DNA of 59,657 nt, filler included, from Piptocephalis cylindrospora (lineage: Eukaryota), in the NCBI GenBank assembly GCA_003614145.1. It is 6 parts of 6 records of this genome, joined end to end, with 100 filler letters (N's around TTAATTAATTAA, not from the genome) between each part and the next. Parts side by side here need not be neighbours in the genome. Positions count along the whole stretch, not along the records: positions 9,974 to 19,845 come from KZ988061.1; positions 19,946 to 29,806 come from KZ988062.1; 4 more parts are not named here. One strand, written 5' to 3'. The notes beneath the pieces are model-generated. The model did no database searches and had not been told where the DNA came from. It saw only the letters and a program-made list of their open reading frames with translations. The first letter of the stretch is position 1; every line of letters starts with the position of its first letter. Positions 11,854 through 23,191 of the stretch are shown in pieces. Both the position numbers and the translations under genes were made by a program.

Positions 11854-14800
11854 TCATAGCTTCTTGGAAGATCCAGTGGAACGCATCGTAGGATGCATCT
11901 GGAGACCCGTGACCTCGGGATTCCAAGAGATGGGCGTGGCCCACCTCCGGATAACCATGCGCAAAGCGGCATATAGAATGATAACGCAGCCAAAACCAAA
12001 AGGGATGAGGAGGAAGATCGGGTTAAGGTGATAGGATGTGCCAAATGCCACATTAAAGGGAGGTGCATAGCCAATGACCACGGCCAACGCCGCGCCACAC
12101 CCGGCTCCAATGAAGGTCTTGGTATTCTGGAACATGTACCGGCCAAACGGGAGCCGAAGCCGAGCCTTGCAGGCAAACAGATTGAAAACCTGCATGATCA
12201 TGAGCCCAAGATAGTAGGCCGTTTGGCCCTGGGCTAGGATATCCACCTGAGCAGCCGCATCCAAGGTTCGACCATCAGGCAGGTTGTACATGGGGGAGTC
12301 GTCTCGGAAGTACTGAGAAGACTCATCCCCTTGCATTTTCTTGGCAATTTCCGGGGTAATCCCATGATGGGCCAGGACGATAAAGAAGGTGAGGAGGGCT
12401 CCAATGAGCTCGATGACTCCGATCTCCAAATAGGCCCATGAGAGGAGAGGGAGGTCGACGAGCTCCTCCCCGGTCCCAGCGCCTCTCCAGAGCTCCTTCC
12501 ACCACCGAGCCCGGAATCTCTCGCGTACGGCAAAGGTAATCCTATTCCACCGGGAGGCCTGACGCTCTGACCCACTCTCTGGGTCCACCCTACGGGCAGG
12601 GCCCCGTGCCTTTCGTTCCCTCAAAGCCATGACGGACTCAACGGTAACGGGCTTTCGGGGCGGGAGGCGCATGAGGCCTTCGGGGCTCTCGGGAACCTCC
12701 CAGGCATAGGTGAGGGCAGCAAAGAGCTCAAAGCCCAGATCAATGACGAGGATAAGGATGGCTGAGAGGGGAAGAGGAATGGGGACGAGAATATAAAGGA
12801 GATTGGGGATGACCTCGGGGATAGAATGGGAAATGGTGTACTGGATGGACTTTTTCAGATTGGTAAAGATGAGCCGGCCTTCCTCAATACCACGGACAGT
12901 GGAGGCAAAGTTGTCATCTAGAAGGATCATGGAAGCGGCCTCCTTGGACACATCAGACCCGGACAAATTCATGGCAATGCCCAGATCAGCCGTCTTGAGA
13001 GCAGGAGAATCATTGACTCCATCTCCGGTGACTCCGACGATGTGCCCCATGGATTGAGCGCGACGTACAATCTCGAGCTTGTGCTTTGGGGAGGTCCTGG
13101 CGAAGATGACCTCGGGCTTGGTGAAGATAATATCCCAATCCTCCTCGGTCATACCATCAATAGTTTCCCCGTGAATCACAACGGCATTGTACTCATGCTC
13201 CTCCACCGCCTCGACTGGGACCCCGCGACGCTTGGCCACCTGACCCTTGGTCTCTGAGAGGATGAGGTTGATCTTCCGGCCAATGGCCTCGGCGGTCAGA
13301 GGATGATCTCCGGTGACCATCATGACCTGGACTCCGGCGGTACGGCACTTGCCAATGGCTTCGCGAACCCCGTGCTTCGGGGGATCCTCCAGGGAAACAA
13401 GACCCACAAAGGTCAGGTCATCCTTGGGATATTTACCGGAATCCTTGTCAAAGGCGTAATCGGCGGGGTACTCGGACTCGGGGAGGAGGAGCTGGGCAAA
13501 AGCCAGGACACGATGACCCTTACTGGCCATATTCTCGTACATGGAGTAGAATTCGCGGGTGTGGTCCTCGGTTAGGGGAAGGGGGGTGGCATTACTTCCA
13601 CCAGGGGGAAGGATGGTGGAGCAGCGCTGAAGGACGCGTTCAGGGGCACCCTTAAGTAAAAGGACCAAGGAGCCTCCAGGATGGTTCATACGATGGATGG
13701 AGAGATGTGTCTTAGTGTCGGAGTTAAAGGGAACCTCAAAGACCTTGGGGTAGCGGGTGGTCAGGGTATCGTAGTCAGGAAGGTTAGCGGCGGCGAAGCG
13801 GACTAGGCCGGATTCTGTGGCATCCCCGAGGATTTGCCTCTCAGGAACTGGAACGTCGGTTCGATCAAATTTGGCACGGGAGCACAGGGCAGAGATCTGC
13901 ATGACTTCGTGAACCCCAGGGGAATCCACCTGAATAGGGGCACCCTCCTCGCCCATATTACGTAGAGCGGAGTACTGGGTCATGGCGGCCCAGATGGTGG
14001 TTACGGTCATTTGATTCCGGGTTAGAGTGCCCGTTTTATCAGTGGCTAGAAGGGTAATGGCCCCCAAGGTCTCCACCCCCTGCAGATCCTTGACCAGAAC
14101 ATTTCTTCCAGCCATTCTTTTTGCCGCAACAGTAAGAAGCATCTATGGAGAGGGACATGAAGGGGTGAGTGGGGACAGCTAGAGAAGAAAAATGAATCGA
14201 TTGAGCATGTAGACATACGGTAACGGTGGCGGGGAGACCTTCGGGTACCCAGGCTACAAAGATGCCAATGGCAAAGGTGAGGGTGGAGCCAGCGTCGCCG
14301 CCAGAAATGATAATCCCAAGGATGAAGAAGAGGATGGCGGTGAAGAGGGCAATGGTGGCGATGATCTTGACAAACCGATTAATCTCCGAGGACAAGGGAC
14401 TACTCTTCTTCTTTTCCCCAGCGGTCATACCGGCAATCTGGCCAAGGACGGTATTGTCACCAGTGCGGATGACCAGGCCATAGCCTTCACCAGCAATGAT
14501 GAGCGTGCCGTTAAAGGCGAGATTATGGGCCTCCAAGGGGTTCTTTTGCGTGTCGACGGAGGAGGACCGGGGCTGGGGGTCAGACTCACCGGTGAGGGAG
14601 GAGTTGTCAACCTTCATGTCCGAGGCCGAGATGATACGAAGATCGGCGGGGATTTTGTCGCCCATGCGAGTAAAGACGACGTCGCCCAGGACCAAGTCAG
14701 CGGCGGGGACAAGGGCAAGCTTTCCGTCACGCAGGACATGAGCCTTGGAGGGAATCATGGAGAGAAAGGAGTCAAGAATAGCGGCGGTCTTTTGGCTCTG

Positions 14801-15484
14801 GTAAAATTCGATAAAGGCGTTGAGGAAGGCAACGCCAATGAGGATGCCTCCAAGGTAGACATTAGCCTTGTTCTCACGAGGCTTGAGACCATATAGGAGG
14901 TAGACGAGGCATCCGGCGAGGATGAGAAGGAGGTTGAAGAGGGAGCAAAGGTAGATGAGATACTTGACGATGGCTGAGGTCCTCTTGGGAGGAGTCAGGG
15001 TATTGGGGCCATTTTCGACCAGGAGCTCCTGGGCTTTCCCGGAACCCAGGCCCTGGGAGTGACCGGGATCAGTGGGGCTAAAGGAAGTGGAGTATCTGGT
15101 CTCGAGTTCAGCGAAAGATAGGAGATGGTCATCAATATCGATGAGTTGGTCCTTTCCACCCTTCTTGGGCTTTTCCGCGACGGGGACTGGCGTAGCGTCG
15201 AGGGTGGTCTTTTCCGGGAAGGGCGCAGTCATCAGGTTGGGAGCCGGGGTGGGTGGATCCACAGGACCCTTGTTCGTGGCGATACGAACAGGCTTTTCAG
15301 GTTCCGCAAATTGAATTTTCATGGAAGGCTTGTTGCTGGAGTCCTCGGCCGGATCAGCGGTATTATTAGTGGTGTCGGAGACAGGGGCCAAGATGGCGAT
15401 GTCGGAGTCATCGCCCTCCTCCTGCTGTGTGGGGACAGCGGGGTTGGGATGGGGATGATTAGGATTGGGGTTGGGGTCCGACAT
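11854..15484 (-). CDS. P-type ATPase, type IIC (Na+/K+-ATPase alpha-like)
   Basis: KVDNSSLTGESDP, VPEGLPATVT, DKTGTLT, GDATESG, KGAPER, MVTGDHPLTA, TGDGVNDSPALK and ILVIDLG. One intron at 14143-14218. Confidence 0.93.
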
Positions 15485-17475
15485 GGTGGTGTGTGGGAGA
15501 GCTGGAGAAGATAGGGGAGATATGGACCCAAGGACAGTCTATACGGGAGAGGGAATGAAAGAACGCGAGAGAGATAAGTATTGATAGAGGATGAGAGAGA
15601 AGGGAGGGTGAACCGATATAGGACTCACCAATGCCGCAGAGGGAGGATCAGAGGGGATGGAGAGGATGCTAAAAAGAAAGAAGGGGCTACAGTCAAATGA
15701 CCGAGGAGACTGATGACAATGGGGAGGAGAGGGAAAGGAAGAAAATGGACCCTAAAGAGAGGAAAGGGTCTAAACACGGCAACGACACCAAAGGGAGCAG
15801 GGGAGGATTTGGTAAAGGCTCGCTAAGAGGAGAGAGCAGGCGGGTGTTGAATTGAGAGCTTTGTGCAGAAGAGAGAGAAAGTGCTGGAGGTGAATTACGA
15901 GAAGTAACAGGCAGCAATGACTGTTAATCCCAGGGACAATGCCAAAGAAAGGCGATTGGGAAATGGATATGGGGGCTAGGACAAGGAAGAGAGGACGAGG
16001 AGGGAGAGAGAGAGAGAGAGGAAGGGGAGACGGGATGGATAGAGAAAATATATGTGTGAATGGTACCTGAGTATTTATAGTCGCTGCTCCTCAGTGGGGC
16101 TGGATGAAAGGGGGGAAGGGATGAGGGGGGGAGGATGAGCGGCGAAGGGGATGGGACAGAGAGGATGGTGGAGAGGACAGGGCGGTGTGAGGGTGGAGAA
16201 GAAGCTGGGCTGGGGACAGAGAGGACGACAACAAGGCAGGGCGGGCGCTGAGTCGGGCGGGTCAGCGACTAATCTAGCGTCGGAGTAGGAACATTACGAT
16301 TGGTAGATTGGGCATTGTGTGCGGATGCGGGTGTAGCAGGCAAAATGTGAGAGTGAGGGGGAGAGGTGGGGTGAGTTGAACCAGCTAGGAATAGATGCTA
16401 GGAAGCAGTAGTGTGAGGTATAATGAGAGCATGATCTGGTTGCGTACCTGGTAGGTAACAGTATGAGTGTGTGTATGTGTGCAAGATACTGTGAAGACCC
16501 ACGCAGTACTTTTCTCTTTTCGGCAAGGTCAGGAACCGGGACTGGAAATACTATACCTTGATCTCTGTCACATTCACACACGCTAGCCATGAGATTAAGC
16601 AGGGATGCCAAGATTCATGTGTGAGGAGAGGTGACGCGGAGGCCATCCTCTCTAGGTGAGTGGGTGGGAAAAACCTCTAGACTTTCTTCATCCTCGATAA
16701 GCCGGACCCGAGTACGATATCAAAAGTACAAACGACATGTGCTGTTACCATCACTAGTATTCATCGTCGCCTGAGAGATGTGCTCTGTGCCCCTAACCCT
16801 TGACCCTGATCATCCTTTTCCATCTAGGAGGAGAAGGGTAAGGACGGGGATGTCAATCGGAGTATAGGGCTGCGCATCTCACTCAATCCTGCCGTCGTGG
16901 ATGAGAATGAGGTTAGAGTGTTCAGCGAGACATTGCATGAGAAATGAGTACGGAGATATTCATGAGAATGAGGCTGTTCAGGAAAATGAGCCTGTCCTTG
17001 GAAGGAAGGGCCCTCCTCCCCTTTCTGGACCATACCATGGTTCATTCTCTTGATTAGACGAGGCGAGCCGCTCTCCCCAGAAAGGATCATGCCAAGACTA
17101 TGAACATTGCCTAGTGACGAGTCTGGTCACCCAGGAAATTATGTGCCTTTCGAGTTACAAGTTTCTTTCCTTGAACGAGTGCAAGTCGGAGTTGATCGGT
17201 ATAGGAGAAGTATCGGGGCTGAGGCAGATGACCACGGTAGGAGTAGATAGTCAAAAGTGTGGCGCAGAAGGAGAAGTCCGAAAAGTATGACGAAAATAAA
17301 CCACCTGTTCATATTTTGGCCACGCATGACCATCAAGGACAGCAAGGAGACTCAAGTCATGAGATGGTCAACCCCATCTCTCCTAAGACACCAGTGCAGG
17401 GGAGATGGGAGCCCTGACGCAATTATCCATTGTCCGACAAAGCGAACTTACTCTCTACTCTATCCCCTCCCCCCC

Positions 17476-18834
17476 ATGGCCATCACTCCACAGTTCAAAC
17501 GCTTTCTCGGACGCCCTGGACCCTGGACCGAAGAAGAGGACGACCCGGCTGGAGAAGTTGACCGTACCGTCTCCTTCCTCGAATCTGCCCGTGTCCTCGT
17601 CATTGGGGCCGGGGGCCTGGGATGTGAGATCCTCAAGAACCTTCTCATGTCGGGGGTGAGGAACGTGGATGTTATCGATATGGACACGGTGGATGTAAGT
17701 AACCTGAACCGACAGTTCCTCTTTCGACCCAAGGATGTGGGGAGGCCCAAGGCTGTGGCAGCCGCCGAGTTCCTCCAAGCCCGCACCTCCCTGGGGGAAG
17801 AGACATTGAAGGTGACTCCACATTATTGCAAAATTCAGGATAAAGATGAGGCCTTTTACGCCTCCTTCCACCTGGTCATCTGCGGGCTGGATTCGGTGGA
17901 GGCACGTCGGTGGATCAATGGGATGCTCGTGGACCTTGTGGATCCGCAGAACCCTGAGAGCATCAAACCCCTCATCGACGGGGGCACCGAAGGCTTCAAG
18001 GGTCAAGCTCGTGTCATCATCCCGGGATCCAGCAGCTGCTATGAGTGTAGTCTTGACATCCTGACCCCTCAACGCACCTACCCCATCTGTACCTTGGCCA
18101 ACACCCCCCCCGTCTACCGGAACATTGCATTGAATGGGCATCTTTGCTCCAGTGGCCCCTCTTGCGTCCAGACATACGGCTCGATACGGATCATCCGGAT
18201 CATCAGACCTGGATCTACACTCAGGCCCTGACCCGCGCCAAGGAGTTTGGTATCATCGGCGTCACCCTGTCTCTTACCCAAGGAGTCATCAAGAACATCA
18301 TCCCGGCCATCGCCTCCACCAATGCCATTATCGCCGCGGCTTGCACTGTCGAGGCCCTCAAGCTCCTCACCTCTACCGCCCCTTACCTGGATAATTACAT
18401 GCTTTACACGGGAGATCAGGGGGTGTACACTTACACCTTTCAACATCAGCGCAAGGAAGACTGCCCAGTATGTGGCCCTGGAGGGGCCAGCAGGGAAGTC
18501 AAGGTAGACCCCTCCTGGACTCTGGAAGACTGGATGGATGACCTCAAGCACAATCCCCAGATGTACGCTTTTGTTTGCTAGATGAGCGGGAATCACCTGA
18601 CCTTCACACTCATCCCTGCATAGTCAATTGTCCAAGCCTAGTCTAAGGGTCGAGGGGAGAAATCTGTACATGCAGGCTCCTCCTTTCCTGGAAAAGGTTA
18701 CCAGGCCCAACCTGTATAAGGAGATGCGACGGTTGGTTCAAGAGGGAGAGGAGGTCATTGTCACCGATGCCCGTCTCCCCATTCATCTTACCCTACGCAT
18801 CCAATTTCGTGAGGACCAGCGTCAAGGTCCTTAG
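17476..18834 (+). CDS. UBA3: NEDD8-activating enzyme E1 catalytic subunit, with a frameshift in the assembly at C8 run 18104-18111
   Basis: [31 protein letters not shown] and [19 protein letters not shown], then [15 protein letters not shown] and CPVCG. Intron 18563-18623 precedes the C-terminal E2-binding domain [15 protein letters not shown]. Confidence 0.92.
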
Positions 18835-19699
18835 CTCTTCTTGACCTTTGGCAATCTGCTGAATGATCCTACTAGGATAAAAACGACGTGTAGTGTACAG
18901 GGGATGTGAGGTAAACTGAGTGGATCTGTAGGGCATTTTTCTCGTCCCATGCTTTCCCTCCCCTTCCTCACCCCAAGACTTAGTGGACGAAGTGTGATGG
19001 GCCTTGATCTTTCCCTATTCTTTGGCCTATAGCTCTGGGACAGGTCCCATCTAAAAGAGTAATTTAAAAGAATACTCATCCGTCTAGGAAGATTCATCCC
19101 AACAATAGCAGCACTACCCACATCACCATCAGATTCTCTTCAAAGAATACATCAATTCAATACCTATCACACTTTCCATTGCACGCGTCCCCCTTGTCCC
19201 ACACAAGGAGGATGATTCCTAAGCCAAAAGAGGCATCGTGGCACAATGGGATAGGGGGACACAGACCATGGTTCATTTCCACCAACTATGCCACACATCC
19301 CATCTTCATGGGGAACACAAACCCACCCATGATGTCTTTAGGTGCACTGCCTCATAAGAGTACAATGCAAGGGAGAGGACATGCGCTACATCCCATCCCC
19401 TTCCTTCTTGGGTTGTTCTCGGCGTGCACACAAATATCTCAATGGAAAAAAGAACCTCCTCGTGCCCACAAGGAAGCACCTGACAACCTAATCATCATCA
19501 TTAGTATGTATGATCTCTCTTCGACATGAAAGGAAAAGGGACGACAATGCTTGCACACTCACACATCATCCCCCTTTGCCCTCCACAGCCCAAGAAAGAA
19601 GAGATTGAGAAGGACTTCTTGACGGGGGGGGGGGGGGGGGGGGAGAACAAGTCCCCCCGCGAGCACAACACACCTCTCCCTCTCCTAGAACCCAACACC

Positions 19700-19845
19700 C
19701 CCCCGCCCCCCCCAAACACCAATCCCCACCACACCCCCCACCCCCCCCCCCCCCCCCCACCCCCCCCCCCCCCCCCCCCCCCCACCCCCCACCCCCCACC
19801 CCCCCCCCCCCCCCCCCCCCACCACCCCCCCACCCCCCCCCCCCC
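19700..19845. repeat. Poly-C/C-rich low-complexity tract at the contig end
   Basis: Near-pure C runs abutting the spacer. Similar tracts lie at 39712-39765 and 49663-49716. Confidence 0.9.
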
Positions 19846-19945
19846 NNNNNNNNNNNNNNNNNNNNNNNNNNNNNNNNNNNNNNNNNNNNTTAATTAATTA
19901 ANNNNNNNNNNNNNNNNNNNNNNNNNNNNNNNNNNNNNNNNNNNN
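19846..19945. other. Artificial contig spacer
   Basis: N44-TTAATTAATTAA-N44. Confidence 0.99.
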
Positions 19946-22885
19946 CCCCACCCCCTGGGCCATCCCCGGCGCCTCCTCTTCTTCTTCTTCTTCGCCTTCC
20001 TCTTCCCCCTCCCCCCAGGATTCCCCTTCCCCCTCTATTCTTGCCAGGCATAGGCACGATGCCTGTCGTCCCGCCGAACGGTGGCTACTCAATGGCATTG
20101 ATAGTGGGGATGCTGCCGCCTCCGCTTACGGTGGTCCTGGGGGTATGCGCGATTGGAACGAGGAGCTCCAGGGTCATCGGGAGCTCCCCAGGGCCACTCC
20201 GGCTGAAAGGCTCATTCGTGAGCGTCTTCTCCACCGTCTCCACGTCGAATTTACCGCTGCCGCCACCCGTGGCGCCATCGCCGTTGTCGAAGGGGAAATC
20301 CCTTCCTTGAATCCCGGTACTGGAGAGGAAGACGAGGGTCCAGGTGGGGGAGCCCGCATGTACCTCCACGAGGGTATCTTCTACAGCTGTGGATACGATG
20401 ATCGTGGCGCCATTGCTGCCCTCGGGGGGGGTCGAGGCCGGCCGTGTAGCCACCGGCAAGGATTTTGCCGGAGTCACTCTCCTCAACAACGTGGATCCCC
20501 CCGGCCTTTCCTCCATTGGTACCGTCGTTGTTGACTACAAGGGCGAACGCGTCGTTGCCCAGACTATCGTCCCTGGTATCTTCCAGAAACAGGAACAGGC
20601 CGTCATCTATGGCGCCATCGAGGGAGAGGAAGGGGAGAAGGAGATTATTGTTGGAGATGCCTCCATGCACGATCTCCTCCAGCCCTTGGCTAAGTCCCTT
20701 CACCTTCGGGAACGTGAGGTGGAGAGCTCCCAGGGCAAGGAGGGTGAGGATGTGGGTAAGGTCAAGCTTTGGACCTCGGTTGATGTCAAGGGCCTTCAAG
20801 GCACCGATGGTCGCAAGTACATCCTTGACATGTACCGCTCCACCCCCTTGGACCTTCCCTGGTTAAAACAGATCAAGACGGAGCAGGAAGATGCCTCATC
20901 TTCCCTCCCCGATTATCCTCATCGTCTTGCTCTTCTTCGGCCCGAGCTTGTCGACCTTTACTGGGAAACCCAATTGAGGAAATGGGCCGGTGATAAGGCT
21001 GAAAAGATTAAGGAGGAGGTCAATGAGCAATTCCCTCTCCCTGCCGAGGAGGAGGAGGAGGAGAAGAAGAAGGACGAAGAGGAGGATGAGAAGGACAAGG
21101 AGGAGGGAAAGCCAAAGGAAAAGACTGAAAAGGAGCTGGAAAGGGAAAGGATCCTTGGAGAAAGAAGAAAGACCTTGGAGGAAAGACTAAGCAAGGAAAT
21201 CCACTTGGAGGAATTTGATCTGACCTTTGATCCGGATGTCACTCTTGAGTCCTCCTCAGGAAAGGAGACCGATCCCGAATGGAAGGCTGGAGAGTTCTTG
21301 CGTGAAACGCTCCTCCCATCCTTTATCTCCGACCTTGTCTCCTACAGGCTTGCACCAGTCGATGGTGAATCCTTGGTCAGGGCCATGCACCGAAATGGCT
21401 TGAATGTTCGGTATCTTGGGGCCATTACCAACACCCTCGAGGGTCGGGAGGAGGAAGACCGGTCCAGGCTTGCCTGGATCCTTCGTATCCTCCGTCGGGA
21501 GATGATCCTTCGTTCCTTCAAGCACCTCCTTCGTCAAGCCTGGAAGTCCATTGGCATTGAGGAGGTCCGAACCGTCACGGCCAGCTGGCTTAGCCAGCTC
21601 CTCCAGGGCTCTCCTGCCCTTGGTACGCAGCTCGTCCACTGGGTCCAGGCCCGCTTCCGATACGCCATGTCCTCCGAGGACCTGAGTGCGTGGTTGGAGG
21701 ATGAGCTGGCTGGGGGTCGTGGAGGTATCCCCCTTCTCCGTGAGACTTGTCGTCGCATGGGCATCCAGCTCCTGGCCCGTGATTATAACCTTACCTCCAC
21801 CTCGTCTCCAATCACCAATGGTAACCATAAAGCCTACATCTTTTCTAGTGATGTTCTCAACATTGCTCCCATTTTCAAGTCTTCCACTCCCAGAGCCGCC
21901 ATGGCCGATGAGGCCTTTGAGCACGGAAGACTCAGTCTGAGCCAGGAATCCACCAACTCCTCCTCAGAAAAGGAGGGTCAAGTGGGTTACGAGCTGATGA
22001 TGGAAGCCATGGCCCTCTACGAACAGACCTATGGCCTGCTCCACCCAGAGACCGCCAAGTGCTACGCCAGTGTTGCCACCCTCCTCTATCATATGGGTCA
22101 GCAGACTGCCGCCCTCGAGTACCAGCGAAAGGCCGTTGTCGGAGCCGAGAGGACATGTGGTATCGATCATCCCGATACCATCAACTTCTACCTTAACCTT
22201 GGTCTCTTTGAGCAAGAGGTCGGTGACGTCCCCAGATCCCTCCGGATCCTCCGGCACGCTATGGACCTTTGGTCCTACGTCCATGGCCCCGGTCACCCCG
22301 ATTCCATCACCGCTGACTCCAACGTTGCCGTCGTCCTCCAGGGACTTCAGGATCACTCCAAGGCTCTGGCCATGCTTCAACGCGCCAAGGATACCCAAGT
22401 CCGTTGCCTAGGCCCCCGGCAGCTTCAAACCGCCAATGGCTACCATGCTCTTGCTAGGGCCCATGCCCTCAAGGGCGACTTTAAGGAGGCTATGTCCATG
22501 GAACGGGAAGCTGCCAGCATTTACGGCGAAACCGTAAGTTCCTTTTATTATCTTGGCAGACGGGATTGAACAGAAAAAATCTTACATCTCATCTCCTCTC
22601 ACTGCTTAGGTTGGACCTGAGGATCCTAGGACCAGGGAAAGCGAGTTCTGGCTCCAACAACTCACCACCAACGCCGTCCTTGCAGCCCGCAAGGCTAAGG
22701 AACAGGCCGCAAAGGTCGAAGTTCCCTCTCCTCATGGAAGGCTGGGTATGATGAAGCAGGGCAAGGGTTCCTCCCCTGGGCCTAAGCAACCCAAGGCCCG
22801 GGGAGAATTGCCTATTGATGAGCTTCTTCAGTACATCGAGTCACCCTCTCGTGGTAAGGGTAAGGGAAAGAAGGCCTCCAAGTAG
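19946..22885 (+). CDS. CLU1: Clustered mitochondria protein (CLU domain plus TPR), 5'-truncated, with a frameshift at G8 run 20424-20431
   Basis: RDWNEELQ..RELP, GG//VEAGRVATGKD, VVDYKGERVVAQTIVPGI, GTDGRKYILD, LLRPEL, then the TPR region. Intron 22534-22609 precedes the last exon GPEDPRTRESEFWL..GELPIDELLQYIE. Confidence 0.93.
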
Positions 22886-23191
22886 ATCAGGATTAGTAGA
22901 GAGACTAGAGAGTAAACAAAAAGGAGAAATGTGTGAATGATTCGTTCATTAAAATGCAAAGGAGTTTTATTACTACGTATTTATACCTTGCCGTCCAATC
23001 AAGCATACTCGACATACGATGGAATTCACATATATATTCCTCAACCCGTCAATCCGCCCGTTGATCCAATCCCAACCTCTCGCAATAAACACACGCACAT
23101 CATGGAAGGGGGATACACAAGGGTAAGTATCCCTCTCTTCCTCATCTCATGCTTATAGCCCCACCCTGATGATGATGAATTGTTTGGCAGA

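Noticed and set aside
19501..19897. Poly-Pro and poly-Gly ORFs
   Set aside because: They are translations of homopolymer tracts at a low-quality contig end.
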